Shown: positions 12,035 through 32,520 of the stretch, piece after piece | How positions within the stretch are numbered: position 1 is the first letter of the stretch | Layout: each line of letters begins with the position of its first letter | Source of the DNA: Phyllobates terribilis | Taxonomy: Eukaryota | Assembly (NCBI RefSeq): GCF_046119375.1 | Contig: NW_027362769.1 | Location: forward strand, 374,852,001 to 374,916,000 | DNA length: 64,000 nt | Direction of reading: 5' to 3' | The notes under the pieces: generated by a model | Told to the model about the DNA's origin: nothing | The model's database searches: none | The model's input: the letters and a program-made list of their open reading frames with translations, nothing else | Translations under genes and position numbers: made by a program

Positions 12035-13670
12035 CAGTTATATGAACAAGTTTGGGCACCCCTATTACTCTTAAGCTTAATGTTTTATAAAAATTGGTGT
12101 TTTTGAAACAGCTATTTCAGTTTGATATATGTAATAACTGTTGGACACAGTAATGTTTCTGCCTTGAAATGAGGTTTATTGTACTAACAGAAAATGTGCA
12201 ATCTGCATTCAAACAAAATTTGACAGGTGCATAAGTATGGGCACCCTTATCATTTTCTTGTTTTAAATACTCCTACCTACTTTTTACTGACTTACTAAAG
12301 CACTTTTTTTGGTTTTGTAACCTCATTGAGCTTTGAACTTCATAGCCAGGTGTATGCAATCATGAGAAAAGCTACTTAAAAAGTGGCCACTTGCAAGTTG
12401 TTCTCCTGTTTGAATCTCCTCTGAAGAGTGGCATCATGGGCTCCTCAAAACAACTGTCAAATGATCTGAAAACAAAAGATTATTCAACATAGTTCAGGGG
12501 AAGGATACAAAAAGCTGTCTCAGAGATTTAACCTGTCAGTTTCCACTGTGAGGAACATAGTAAGGAAATGGAAGAACACAGGGACAGTTCTTGTTAAGGC
12601 CAGAAGTGGCAGGCCAAGAAAAACATCAGAAAGGCAGAGAAGAAGAATGGTGAGATCAGTCAAGGACAATCCTCAGACCACCTCCAGAGAGCTGCAGCAT
12701 CAACTTGCTGCAGATGGTGTCACTGTGCATCGGTCAACTATACAACGCACTTTTCACAAGGAGAAGCTGTATGGGAGAGTGATGCAAAAGAAGCAGTTTC
12801 TGCAAGCACGCCACAAACAGTCGGCTGAGGTATGCAAAAGCACATTTGGAGAAGCCAATTTCTTTTTGGAAGAAGGTCCTGTGGACTGATGAAACCAAGA
12901 TTGAGTTGTTTGGTCATACAAAAAGGCATTATGCATGGCGGCAAAAAAACACAGCATTCCAAGAAAAACACTTGCTACCCACAGTAAAATTTGGTGGAGG
13001 TTCCATCATGCTTTGGGGCTGTGTGGCCAATGCCGGCACCGGGAATCTTGTTAAAGTTGAGGGACGCATGGATTCCACTCAGTATCAGCAGATTCTTGAC
13101 AATAATGTTCAAGAATCAGTGACAAAGTTGAAGTTACGCAGGGGATGGATCTTTCAGCAAGACAATGATCCAAAACACCGCTCCAAATCTACTCAGGCAT
13201 TCATGCAGAGGAACAATTACAATGTTCTGGAATGGCCATCCCAGTCCCCAGACCTGAATATCATTGAACATCTGTGGGATCATTTGAAGAAGGCTGTCCA
13301 TGCTCGGCGACCATCAAACTTAACTGAACTGGAATTGTTTTGTAAAGAGGAATGGTCAAAAATACCTTCATCCAGGATCCAGGAACTCATTAAAAGCTAC
13401 AGGAAGCGACTAGAGGCAAAAGGAGGATCTACTAAATATTAATGTCACTTTTCTGGTGAGGTGCCCAAACTTATGCACCTGTCAAATTTTGTTTGAATGC
13501 AGATTGCACATTTTCTGTTAGTACAATAAACCTCATTTCAAGGCAGAAACATTACTGTGTCCAACAGTTATTACATATATCAAACTGAAATACCTGTTGC
13601 AAAAACACCAATTTTTATAAAACCATAAGTTTAATATTAATAGGGGTGCCCAAACTTTTTCATATAACTG
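12035..13670 (+). mobile_element. Tc1 DD34E element, IR/DR type, frameshifted transposase
   Basis: 211-bp TIRs (12035-12245, 13460-13670), TA TSD, 1636 bp. Transposase from ATG 12435 is split over frames; QDNDPKH..SPDLNIIE = D34E. Confidence 0.93.
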
Positions 13671-14130
13671 TATACCCCTCCCCCACCCTACGCCATATAT
13701 ACACCCCCCCCCTCACCCTACGCCATATATACACGCCCCCAACCCTGGGGGGCCCAGCCCTACGCCATATATACGCCCCCTCCCCCACCCTGGGGGGCCC
13801 AGCCCTACGCCATATATACGCCCCCTCCCCCACCCTGGGGGGCCCAGCCCTACGCCATATATACGCCCCCTCCCCCACCCTGGGGGCAAAGCCTACGCCA
13901 TATATACGCCCCCCTCCCCTACCCTGGGGGGCCCAGTCTACTCCATATATATTACCCCCCCCCCACCATGGGGGGCCCAGCCTACACCACATATACCCCC
14001 CCCCCACCCTGGGGGGCCCAGCCTACGCCATATATACCCCACCCTGGAGGGCCCAGCCTATGCCATATATACCCCCCCACCCCTGGGGGGGTCCAGCCTA
14101 TGCCATATATTACCCCCCCCCACCCCAGAG
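13671..14130. repeat. C-rich 38-44-bp minisatellite (also at about 11925-12034, split by the Tc1 insertion)
   Basis: GGGGGCCCAGCCTA(C/T)GCCATATATACCCCCCACCCT units. Confidence 0.85.
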
Positions 14131-14150
14131 GGGCCCAGACAGCAAATATA

Positions 14151-16431
14151 CAGGGTGATCCAAAAGTAGGTGGCCAGAAAATAATAACATTTATTTTGAT
14201 TTATATATAAAATTATATTTACTAACACAGGCATAAGGCTATGTGCCCACAATGCAGAAATGCTCAGGATTTTTCTGCATCTCCCTGGCAGAAAAAAACG
14301 CATGCGGATTGTACATGCGTTTTCCTGCCAGGAACATTCGGAAGTGAAGCGTTCTCCACTTGCATTTCCACATGTGGGTTGTCAAGCGCTTTCCAAGCGA
14401 TTTTATCACCTGGAAAGTGCTTGACAACTTGGTCTCACTATATAAACCCATGCAAAAGGCATGGATTTATATAGTGTGACCGAAAGAATGTCAAAAAATA
14501 AATAAATATATACTTACCCTTCGATGGCCCCCGGAGTCTTGCTTCGCTTGGTCCCGGCTGCCGGCAGCGGTGGATTGAAGGACCTGCCGACGTCAGTGTC
14601 GTGTGACCCGTCACATGACTGACGTCAGCGCAGGTCCTTCAGTCCATCGCGAAGTGCCGGGAAGCAAAGAGGAGCGCAGTGCGGGCCGCCAGAAGGTAAG
14701 TATATATTTATTTTTTATTTTATTCTTTTTTTACAGCTTTTTTAATGGGACCTGGGTGTGGATGAGACTCTCCTCTCCTCTACACCCGGGTACCATCCGC
14801 ACATTAGAACGCGCCAATTACACAAGTACAGATGCAGTCTTGAGGAATTGGTGCGTTCTAATGCAAGTCAATGGCGGCGAAAACGCAGCACTTCTGCAAA
14901 ATAATTGGTAGTGCTGTGTTTCTTCCGCAATGATAATCCGCAGCGGAAATTTCCGCAGCATGTACACAGCACATGCAGATTATCATTGGGGAACATGGCA
15001 GGCCTTCTACCATGCGTTTTTGCCGATGCGGAAACGCTTAAAAAACGCATCGTGGGCACACAGCCTAACACTGACAATTACATTTTATTCTGAACAATAA
15101 TACAAAAGCCCTTCAATTTTACCAACGCAGGCGCTCACACTGTTTTCCATTACAATTTGCACAGCTTTGAAGTCGCCTCTTACGCTTCAACAAACTTTTC
15201 TGCACAAGTCTCTTTGGGTGTTAATTTCTTGAAATGCATCTCTTATGTAATTTTTCAAATCACTGACACTTTTTGGTTTTCGACTATAAACTTTGTCCTT
15301 GAGTACTCCCCAAAAGAAAAAATCCATTGGGGTCAAGTCCGGTGAACGTGCCGGCCAATCAAGTGTGCCTCTTCGGCCAATTCATTTATTAGGAAATGTT
15401 TCATCAAGATACTCGCGGACCACTCTTGAATAATGTGGAGGGGCCCCATCTTGTTGGAAATAAAGGTCATTTGAATTAGGCTGTTGCTGTAACTGGGGAA
15501 CAACTTGATTCATCAGAATTTCAAGATACTTATCTCCTGTGACTGTTCCATCAAAAAATATTGGTCCTAAAACACCAAAACTTGAAATACCACCCCAAAC
15601 ATTGACACCAGGCTCATTTAGTTGTGGCTCTAATGTTAAATGCATGTTCTCATTATACCAGTAAATACAATTATGTCTGTTAATATGGCCGGAGAATGGG
15701 AAAGAAGCTTCATCACTTCACATCATGTTATCTAAAATTACTGGATTTTCTTCAATTTCGTTAAGCATAATCTCACTAAATTGCAGCCGCCTGTCTGGAT
15801 CATCCTCCAATAAACCATGAATTAGATGTGGACGATCAGCTTCCACCCAATAGATTTCAGGATTCGCATGATAGAAGCTCGTGAAATTCCCAATTCCAGA
15901 GAGTTTCTTCTGGTGACTTTTTTGGACTGTGAACAAATCCTTCAGCAACAAGTTGTTTATTATCTTCTGTACAGACGGTTTTGGGTCGAGCAGTTTTTGG
16001 AGCATTAAGGATTGAGCCAGTGGCATTGAATTTGTCACGAATGCGGTAAATGGTTTGTCTCTTTGGGGCTTGAGCACCAAATGTTTCAACCCAATTTGCT
16101 CTAACGGTTTCAGCATTTTGAGATTTCCAATACTCTGTTAAAATCCATTTTCTTTGATCTGTATTTAAATTATTTGCCATTATGTGTTATCTGAAAAGAA
16201 AACAGATTTGGGGGAGATCTATCTGTGAAAACTAGATCTGTGAAACTGGCTCAGTTGCCCTTAGCAACCAGATTCCAGATTCCACCTTTCATTTTCCAAA
16301 GAGTCCGTGAGGAATGAAAAGTGGAATCTGATTGGTTGCTAAGGGCCAGTTTCACTTTACACCATGTTTGATAAATCTCCCCCATCATAACCGTATTACA
16401 CTTTCTGTCCACCTACTTTTGGACAACCCTG
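14151..16431 (-). mobile_element. decayed DD41D (Visitor/rosa-type) Tc1/mariner element with nested MITEs
   Basis: TIRs CAGGGTGATCCAAAAGTAGGTGG / CCACCTACTTTTGGACAACCCTG with TA flanks. Fragments QQDGAPPHY..WPARSPDLTPMD (41-residue spacing including an in-frame stop); HTH at 15857-16180. Confidence 0.88.
14237..15065. mobile_element. PIF/Harbinger-type MITE
   Basis: TAA|GGCTATGTGCCCAC..GTGGGCACACAGCC|TAA: 3-bp TWA TSD and terminal inverted repeats; nested in the DD41D element. Confidence 0.8.
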
Positions 16432-16929
16432 TATTTATATTACACACCCCTCCACCCCAGCCTGCACAGCTTGCCTATAAGCCCCACCCTGTGTGTCCAT
16501 AGTATACCATAGATCCCTCCAACACAGAGGTGCCCAGACATCTCATCTATATCTGTAGTGCAGCACTATACAATGGCAGACACAGATAGAACAGGGCTCC
16601 CGTGCTCTATGGGCCCTTTGTAGTGCAATAGCTCATCAAAAAGCAAATTGCCTCCAGTTTTGGAGGTCGTAGTGGCCCCCTGACCGGTTATACCAATGGT
16701 TGGTCGACCCCTGCACTATATACACTCCTATCCCAGAGGTGCCCAGCCTCCAATACTACAGATATAGCTATATATACCCGCACCATTACACTCCATACAA
16801 CACACATTGTTACCATTTCCAGTAAAGCATGTAAAAAAACAAACTAACTGCTCCATACACTAACTACTATTACCCCCATCATCCCTCCTGCAGAGTCTCA
16901 CCTTCCCCACGAGGCTCAGGCAGTACAAA

Positions 16930-17110
16930 AAGGATCCTCGCTGCCAGGGCGCCTCCTTTTATAACTTCCGGCTACACGCCTTTGACGTGACGTCATTACC
17001 ACCCAAATCTATCTGCGCATGCTCGTTGTAGAGCTCCAGCTCTCGCGCTGTTTCGCGGGTATAAGAAGCCTCTTCCGCCGGTTTCCGCCCTTCTAGTCTA
17101 TCGACATCAC
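16930..17110. promoter_or_regulatory. bidirectional RPS2 / SNHG9-like promoter
   Basis: Back-to-back TATA-like boxes (minus 16963-16957; plus TATAAG 17060), each about 30 nt from a pyrimidine start. ETS/GABP ACTTCCGG 16964, CRE TGACGTCA 16988-16995, NRF1-like TGCGCATGC 17014; CpG-rich. Confidence 0.75.
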
Positions 17111-17506
17111 GTAAGTGACTGCAGCCGGCGTGAGAGCGAGGGGAGGCCGGGTAGTAATCCGCGGACATCGGGGCCATCCCGCCCGTGCGGCCGCTTGTAT
17201 TGGGGTCGTATGAGAGTGTGTGAGCGGGTGGCTGTTTCCATGGTGATATTAGTGGGGGTTTCGCTGTAGTTGTGGCGCGGCCTCAACTGTGCCCGGCGGG
17301 TCGTTGTCTGTTTCTATTAACCCTTTACAATACCGCTGCTTGTTGTCAGTGACTGGATGGCTGACTCCGGTAATGAGGACCATGTGTTTGTTACTGAAGA
17401 CCACCCTGAGTCTTTCCTTACAATGTATCACTATAAGGGGGATGGGGGTTCATCCTTCTATAAACTCTTTGATCCTCAATGATCTAAATTTATTTCCTTG
17501 CAGCAA

Positions 17507-24486
<6,980 letters not shown>

Positions 24487-26546
24487 TCGTGTTGAATGAA
24501 ATAAAGTTCATGATTATCACTGTAACCCCTTGTGTGCTGCATCTTACTAGATGTCACTCCTACCAGGGTTTAGGCTGGCAAACCTTAATCCATAATATTG
24601 GCTCTGTCACTAATATGACCCCCTTTTCTAGAGGCTGAGGTGTAAAATTTAGATTTGAGGCATGGCCTGTAGACCAGTTTTTAGTGGAATTAAGTCCAAT
24701 ACTTGTAAAGCATTTTTGGGGAGAGATCTTTAGTTTTCGAGCTCTGAAATAGCTGGTGGCTGACTTGTGGTTGGTTGATGTGGCTGCTTCCAGCCAGGAG
24801 CTGCTCCAGGTTTTTCTGGGCCCCGGGCAAAAGTCTCAGTGGGCCCCTGTTAGACATATATACATGCGTGTGCGCACACTAGAAATATTTTTAATATGGG
24901 GATTGGGGAAGCCTTGCTCACCTGTCCCTAGACCTGTGTCCAGTCCAGCAGCTCCTCAGGTATGTGGCAGTGCAGGGCCACCACTGGCAGATATGGCCCT
25001 GCACCATCAGAGGGGCCCACTTCCTCAGCTCCTGTTCAGGACTGCCAGCGCTGCTTGATTGCCAAGACATGGCAGTGCGCTGTCTCTGCTAGTAATGAGA
25101 CAGCAGGGGTGAAACACAAGCAGAATTAAAGGCGCCTTGTCATTACTACCAGGCACTGCGAGTGACCATGTCTGGTGAAGCGCCGGCGGCCCAGGCCCCG
25201 GCACTTGGGTGCTGACGCCGACCCTGCACCCAGCCCTACACAGACCAGAATTAAAAGTCTGAGCGCAGATGTGAGCATGCATCTTTATTTTAGCCCCATA
25301 GGTCGGGTGGGGAATCTTTATTCTGCCAAGGGCTATTTATTCCATCCTTTGGGGGCCATACAAAATTATGAACCTTTGATCAAACATTTAAGTCCCTCCT
25401 AATGTGATGGCTGGAGCGGCCTGTTAGGTGGTGTGGATGTTGGTACTTGCAGCTGCTTTTCCAGGTTTGCCACAGTTTTGAGTGCAGGCAACTCTTTGCA
25501 ATGATAACTTTTTGTAAAGAACTTGCAGCAGTAAGTTGTACTGACACGTGAACACTGATGTATATTACACTGCAGGTCTGCTCATGGGGAAATTATCATT
25601 CGTTACATTTATAGAACTCAAGCAGTGAGCTGTGCTCTATATACATCAGGCTCTAACACTGCCACGTGCACCACATAGGTGACTGCGGTATAGACAAGAG
25701 ATGCTGGGGCTGCCCCTGTGGTTATGTACTGTGGGACAGGAGCGCATCACATTCTAACTCAGCCCACAATGTACATTCTGGCCCTGGCTAGTGTCTGGAT
25801 GTAATCTCATTGCAGGCGCTGCAGCGGTCAGTAGTGATGTCGTGCGCTCGCAGAGCAAGAAGAAATTAAAGGACCAGCAGCCATCAACATGTAGCTGCTG
25901 GCCTGAACACTGTGGTCACTGGGAATCTGCCTGGGGCCTGGAGGAAAGGTTCAGCCTGAGGTTCCCCACGACTGCCGTTAGGTGCTCACTGCTGCATTTA
26001 CATTTCAGAACCAAGAACCCTTTTAAAGACCTGACAAAAGTTGCACGGGTTATTGGCAGGGATAAAGTTTATCCCCTAATGCTAAATTAGGGCCTGACAG
26101 ATGTCACTTACACAGAAGCAAACCTGGATTGCTAATCTTTTTACTAAAAGATCAGTGTTCGCACTCCTTGGTGTTCTGCATCCTCTTCTGTAGGAGTTAT
26201 ACTTGCTGCTAACTCTCGGTGCAAATGATGAAATCCACAACAAATTAATACAAAGCAAGATCTGCAGCCCAAGTCTACTTCATTCAGTTACTGGGATAAT
26301 AGTTGCTCCCAGTCACAGCAATCAATAAGTTATCACCGGAGCACCTCTATAAATCTGCAGTTACCTATATGATTGGAAACCCTGCAGGGATCTAGTACAT
26401 TCACTAGAATTATGGTGTACGGAGCTCGGTATATAATCCTGCAGACACCACAACACCGATCTCCAGATCTTTATTTTACACTTTAGTTTTATTTCTTTCA
26501 TTTTGAAACACGAGAGACAAGTAACACGAGATGTACAGGAGATAAT

Positions 26547-29500
26547 TTATTCCAGATTGGCATTTTCCTGTGCGGCAGCCTTCCTCTCCTCCATCATCCT
26601 CTGCCGCTGCTTCATGAGACAGTTCCTGGCTCCCCCGTAATATCCCAGGTCCTCATCTGCAAAAAGTAGGGTTCATCTATTAGGGCAGTGATACCGGAAG
26701 CAGGAGATCACCGCAGGTGAGGTCGCTGGTGGTCTAGGGGTGACAGAGGAAGGGATTCACGGTGAGGTCGCTGGTGGTCTAGGGGTGACAGAGGAAGGGA
26801 TTCACGGTGAGGTCGCTGGTGGTCTAGGGGTGACAGAGGAAGGGATTCACGGTGAGGTCGCTGGTGGTCTAGGGGTGACAGAGGAAGGGATTCACGGTGA
26901 GGTCGCTGGTGGTCTAGGGGTGACAGAGGAAGGGATTCACGGTGAGGTCGCTGGTGGTCTAGGGGTGACAGAGGAAGGGATTCACGGTGAGGTCGCTGGT
27001 GGTCTAGGGGTGACAGAGGAAGGGATTCACGGTGAGGTCGCTGGTGGTCTAGGGGTGACAGAGGAAGGGATTCACGGTGAGGTCGCTGGTGGTCTAGGGG
27101 TGACAGAGGAAGGGATTCACGGTGAGGTCGCTGGTGGTCTAGGGGTGACAGGAAGGGATTCACGGTGAGGTCGCTGGTGGTCTAGGGGTGACAGAGGAAG
27201 GGATTCACGGTGAGGTCGCTGGTGGTCTAGGGGTGACAGAGGAAGGGATTCACGGTGAGGTCGCTGGGGGTCTAGGGGTGACAGAGGAAGGGATTCACGG
27301 TGAGGTCGCTGGGGGTCTAGGGGTGACAGAGGAAGGGATTCACGGTGAGGTCGCTGGGGGTCTAGGGGTGACAGAGGAAGGGATTCACGGTGAGGTTGCA
27401 GGTGGACTTGGGGAGAAAACATTAATAATGTAGTTGCTGGTGGTCTAGGGGAGAGGCGTGGTTAGTGGTGAGGTCGCTGGTGGTCTAGGGGTGAGAAGGG
27501 ATTCATGGTGAGGTCCCTAATGGGAGAGCAGCAGGAGACACACAAAAGCAGGTAATGGTGACGGAGTCCTTACATCTGGATTTAAATGCCTTGCAGACCT
27601 CGGCGTACTGTTTGAGCAGCGGTGCACAATTCTGGGCTGCGCTGTCCCCTTCTCTTGTTTTGCACGCCTGCACACGGCTGCGGATAATCTTCACAATCTC
27701 CTGATCTACAAGGCTGGAAGACAGAAAAGGCAATAAAGTCACTGCTGGTCAATAATGGCGGAGGACACATGGCTGCCCTAAAGGGGTAAGGGGGTGCTGC
27801 TCTCCTAGAAGTGCATGGGGGATGGGCACCTATTTGTCCCTCTCTGGGCCAGTGGGACCACCCTGTACTTAGTGACAGGCATGCTGCACTCACAAGTCTC
27901 TTTGCCACTGCATGTCGGCCTCGAAGTGACATACATAGTCCTCCTCCAAGCAGTGGGTCAGGTCGGGGATGCGTCTGAACTCTCGGTGGTAGTAGTGAAT
28001 CCTCCTCTTCGCTCGCTGACTTTCCATCCAATCTGTAAGAGGTTATGGGGGACATTTAATCATTGCGTTTGCACCTACAATTTTAGGACAATTAGTGACA
28101 TTTCCTTGTTGTAAATGCCTGCGCCAAACGCTATAAAAAAAACTTAGAGCGGATCCGTCCCCAGACTCCACAATACAAACTGCACACATTATTAAAAGGA
28201 ACTTCGAGACCCAAGAAGGCTGGTGTACTTACTTACAAAAATCCTTTAACAGTATGGCTCCGTATAATCCTTAGTTAAAATGTTGCTGCCTATAATTAAC
28301 CAGTTAGCGATATCATTATACGGAGCGGGATCAGGAGCTGAGCCTATTCCATACAGCAGAGTGCCAGCTGTAACAAACAGCCGTCACCGAGAGTAACTGA
28401 TGTGATCAGAGCTGGCTCCGACTGCACCAGTTTAACCTCTTAAATGCTGCTTTCAAGAGACCTTTAAAAAGGACTCCAAAATGGCTGCCATCATCAGTCC
28501 AGAGCCCATCAGCCCCACTCAATCACAGGGGGCTGGGTTGTCATGGCATTGCAGTGTATTTATAGGCGATCAAGAGATCGCAGGTTCCAATAATAAATCT
28601 TTATTTATATAGCTTTATTATCACTGTCCCATTGGGGCTCACAATCTACATTCCCTATCATTGTGTCTTTGGAGTGTGGGAGGAAACCGGAGAACCCAGA
28701 TGAAACCCATGCAAACACAGGGAGAACATACAAACTCCTTGCAGATGTTGTCCTTGGTGGGATTTGAACCCAGAACCCCAGCGTTGCAAGGCTGCAGTGC
28801 TAACCACTGAGCCACCGTGCAGAAATACATATAAAAAAAACATTTCAGTTCTATAATAAAAAAAATATATAAACGCTAATAGAAAAAAGTCTTAACACTT
28901 TTTTTTTGTACATTACCACTTACAAAAGGTTTAAACATAAAATATATAGATGTGAATTTTATTACACATAATAATCATGTCTATATATTTAATGTTTAAA
29001 CCTTTTGCTCAAAAGTGAGTAATACGAAAAACAAGTAAAACATTCTGCTACTGCCATGTGCATATTTGCCAGAACTAATAAAATATAAAAATATTTATCC
29101 CATAAGGTAAAACACCAAAATGGGAAAAAAAATACAATTTGAAACCTCCAATATTGTCGTCATTTTGGTCGCCGCACGTTCCCAAAATATGCAGTAAAAA
29201 GTGATCAAAACCTTGTAAATACCCCAAAATGGTATCAATAAAAACTTCAGCTCAAAGAGCAAGAAAAAAAAAGGGCCCCAATGAACAATTAGTGGTCTCA
29301 GAAAACGGCGACAATTTTTTTTTCTTTCAACATTTTGAGTTTTTCAGATTTTTTTTAACCACTAAAAAAGGAAAAAAAAAAATCTAAATAAGTTTAGTAT
29401 CGCTGTAATCATCCTGATGCGTAGAATTGAAGCGTCAGGTCATTATTATCGCGCAATGAACGCTGTAAAAACAAAAAAACAAAGAAAAACTGTTGCGGGA

Positions 29501-30058
29501 TTAAATTATTTTTTTTTTAACCCAATACATTTTATGGTAAAGTGAATGGGGTCGGTCAAATCTACAACTCGCCCCACAAATAAAGAGCCCTTATGTGTCT
29601 ACGTAGATGGAACAATTAAAAAAAAAAAAAGTGAATGATCCTGGAAAAATGGGGGAAAAAAACAAAAAACAAACTTCTGCTCTTTAAGGAGTTAAAAAGT
29701 TGCACCAAATCTATCAGCGACATTTGAAAAATTATTAATGCACTGAAGATTTGGTGCAAATTTTGACACTTTTTGGATAAACCTGGGATTAGACACAATC
29801 ATTAAGTTACTTAGACGTCTATGTTAGGCTTAGGCTGTGGTACTACAAGTCCCAGCATTACTACAGTCAGCTCTGCCCTCGCTGTTATCAGCCCAGCGTC
29901 CCCTGCTCACCATGGAAGGCTGTGACCGGCTTGTCTATGGCATAGCTGAACAGGCCGGTCAGCAGAGGTATCGGGTCGAGGAGGTTGGACTGCCTGTTCG
30001 ATACCGGGGTCTGGCGCGGAGGCTCCGGGTACACATCTCTATCCACGGATTCCGGCAT
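26547..30058 (-). CDS. NDUFB10: NADH:ubiquinone oxidoreductase subunit B10 (PDSW), 4 exons, 178 aa
   Basis: Exons 30058-29911 (MPESVDRDVYPEPP), 28032-27894 (HYYHREFRRIPDLTHC), 27713-27574 (VDQEIVKIIRSRVQAC), 26656-26547 (DLGYYGGARNCLMKQRQRM). GT-AG, 537 nt. Confidence 0.97.
26716..27513. repeat. 45-bp minisatellite, about 15 units plus degenerate tail, NDUFB10 intron 3
   Basis: GGTGAGGTCGCTGGTGGTCTAGGGGTGACAGAGGAAGGGATTCAC. Confidence 0.97.
28588..28820 (-). mobile_element. tRNA-derived V-SINE-like element
   Basis: Minus strand A box TGGCTCAGTGG, B box GGTTCAAATCC, V-domain-like GTTTGTATGTTCTCCCTGTGTTTGCATGGGTTTC, AT-rich tail. Confidence 0.85.
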
Positions 30059-32019
30059 TTCTCAGGTCACCCCGTCCCCTGTGACAGTGACTATGGCGGC
30101 CGCAGGACCCCAGCAATGCCACCCTTGCGATAATTCACACACTTGGTGGCATCAAATATATTGCATTTAATTTCTTAATACCTAACGAGGTGATTCTTCC
30201 CACACTGGACCTCCCCGCATTATCTCATATCTAAATAAATCAGGTGACATTGAAATAACAGGCGCCAAGGGCAGCTCACATTAGTCACGTGGTAACATGT
30301 AGCCAATCACATCTTGCCTTGCGTTTCATGCCTCGATTTCGCATTTATTAGTTTTATTATATTTATGCTATTCCTTTACCAGCAGGGGGCGGTCTAACGC
30401 AGCTGCATATAAATAAAACACAGCAGCCATTGAATTTTTATTTTCTTTTTTACTGAGATGTTGGGGCTAAAAATTAAATTCCATACCATAATATATTAAT
30501 ATAGATATATCAAAACTAGTGCAAATAGCAAGAGGTTACCTAACAACCAATCAGAATAAAACTCACTTCACAGCAGGACTTTGGAAAATGAAAGCAGTAA
30601 GCTAATTGGTTGGTTTTGTGTAACACTTATGTTTACTAAATCTACCCCATATTCAATTACTGGCTACCCCAGTTAACTACAAAACATACAGGGTCAGTGA
30701 CATACAGGGGTCACTCATAAACTGGTCAGGAATTGTTTATGTACTTTATTAGGTGACTGCTGGTCGTGGAGATCCAGTGTAGTCACCCAGTGACTGCAGC
30801 GCCTGTTGCAAGGCAACAATGTAACATGTACCAGCGTTGCCTTGTAAAAGTAACCGCATATTTGGAAAATTCACACATAACAGATTTGAAGTGGACAATA
30901 CCAGCACCGAATAGTGTGGATTTTGATTTTGGCAGATTCTAATTAACCCTGGTTCAGGCAGGTGTATTTCACAATCTGTACATGGACCGCAATGCCCGGA
31001 CTGACAGCGTTCTGTTTGGGAGACCCATGGTCAGTTCTAGTATTGCGGTCCGTATACAGACCGTAAAATACATCTGTCTGACCTGGCCTTACTCATTGTT
31101 TAAAATGAAAAAGAACAATCCCATGTCCCTCCCATGATGACCTTTCCGATCCCCCGCCAGTCTTTGTTGTCCCGGCTCCATTAATTACATGTTCACACGA
31201 TCATTGAGACCCTCATAGGTCGTACCCCAGCGACTACAAAGTTATTTTCTGTCCCATGCATATGAAATAACTTGTTTTTTTGGGGAATAACCCTTTAAAG
31301 GGGTTGTCCCCTTTCAGAAAAGTTTTTCCTATAAGCTCCGTTAGTAGCATAAAAAAAAATAAATTATGCTTTACTCACCCTCCCCGGGCAAGGCCCTGTG
31401 TCTCCGTCACTGGTTCCACAGTTTGTTATTGTTGTCATGTCGACAGCGTGCTACAGCCAATCAGTGAGCTCAGCGGCTCTGAGTGAACCATGCTATCTAC
31501 ATCGGCAGAGCCGCTGAGCTCACTGATTGACTTCAGCGCGCTATAGACATGACATCAGCACTGCAGACATTACCAGATGCAGTAGCAGAGACTCATCACT
31601 GGGAAGTGTGAGTAAGGCACAGTTTGGTTTTTCTACTATGAACAGAGCTCAGGGCCGCCATCAGGGCATTACTGCCCTTACTGCTGTATGGGGCCCCGTG
31701 AGCAGCAGTACGGGGGGGGGGGCCCAGGCCCATGCTGTAATGAAGGTGCGAAGCGCCGGGGCGTGCGCCGCCTTAGGCGGCACACATCTCGGGGCTGGGT
31801 TCCTTACCGGAGCTGCGCAGCTGCAGCAGCTGCTTCATACTTCTCCTGACTTCTGGTCATCTGACAGCGCATACGCGCCATCACCTGACCATAAGTAAGG
31901 AGAACCTAGCGGCGGCGTGCATCTCCTCGTTGCAGCAGGAGCGCCAGGATGCTGCCGGGATCGTATGAGGGGTACGTATGGCAACTTTATTTTTTTAAAA
32001 CAGAATTAATTAAATGGGA

Positions 32020-32520
32020 ATGGGAGGATGAGCTGCACATGGGGAATTGGGAGTAGGGGAGAGGATGAGCTGCACATGGGGAATTGGGAGTGGGGAAGAG
32101 GATGAGCTGCACATGGGGAATTCGGAGTGGGGGAGAGGATGAGCTGCACATGGAGAATTCGGAGTGGGGGGGTTGAGCTGCACATGGGGAATTGGGAGTG
32201 GGGGAGGGGATGAGCTGCACATGGGGAATTGGGAGTGGGGGCGAGGATGAGCTGCAGATGGGGAATTTGGAGTGGGGGGAAGGTGAGCTGCACATGGGGA
32301 ATTGGGAGTGGGGGGGAGGATGAGCTGCACATGGGGAATTGGGAGTGGGGGGAGGATGAGCTGCACATGGCAAATTGGGAGTGGGGGGGAGGATTAGCTG
32401 CAGATGGGGAATTGGGAGTGGGAGGAGGATGAGCTGCACATGGGGAATTGGGAGTGGGGAGAGCAAATGGTAAATTGGGAGATGGGATTAAGGAAAACAC
32501 ATGATGAATTGGGAGTGGGA
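32020..32520. repeat. G-rich minisatellite, unit about 37-39 bp
   Basis: GAGGATGAGCTGCACATGGGGAATTGGGAGTGGGG units. Confidence 0.9.

Larger units (their letters stand above)
11500..16933 (-). ncRNA. SNHG9-like snoRNA host transcript (3' end undefined)
   Basis: Minus-strand TATAAAA 16963-16957, 5'TOP-like CCTTTTT at 16933, donor GAAG|GTGAGA at 16902/16901, acceptor with CTAAC branch point, pyrimidine tract and TAG giving exon 2 start at 11639. Intron hosts the SNORA78-like RNA. Confidence 0.65.

Noticed and set aside
17290-17432. Possible snoRNA in RPS2 intron 1
   Set aside because: Partial hairpins only; C/D and H/ACA boxes are not correctly placed.
26708-27433. Collagen-like or repetitive ORFs and a CRISPR-like appearance
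   Set aside because: 45-bp head-to-tail VNTR without unique spacers, in a vertebrate intron; no cas genes.
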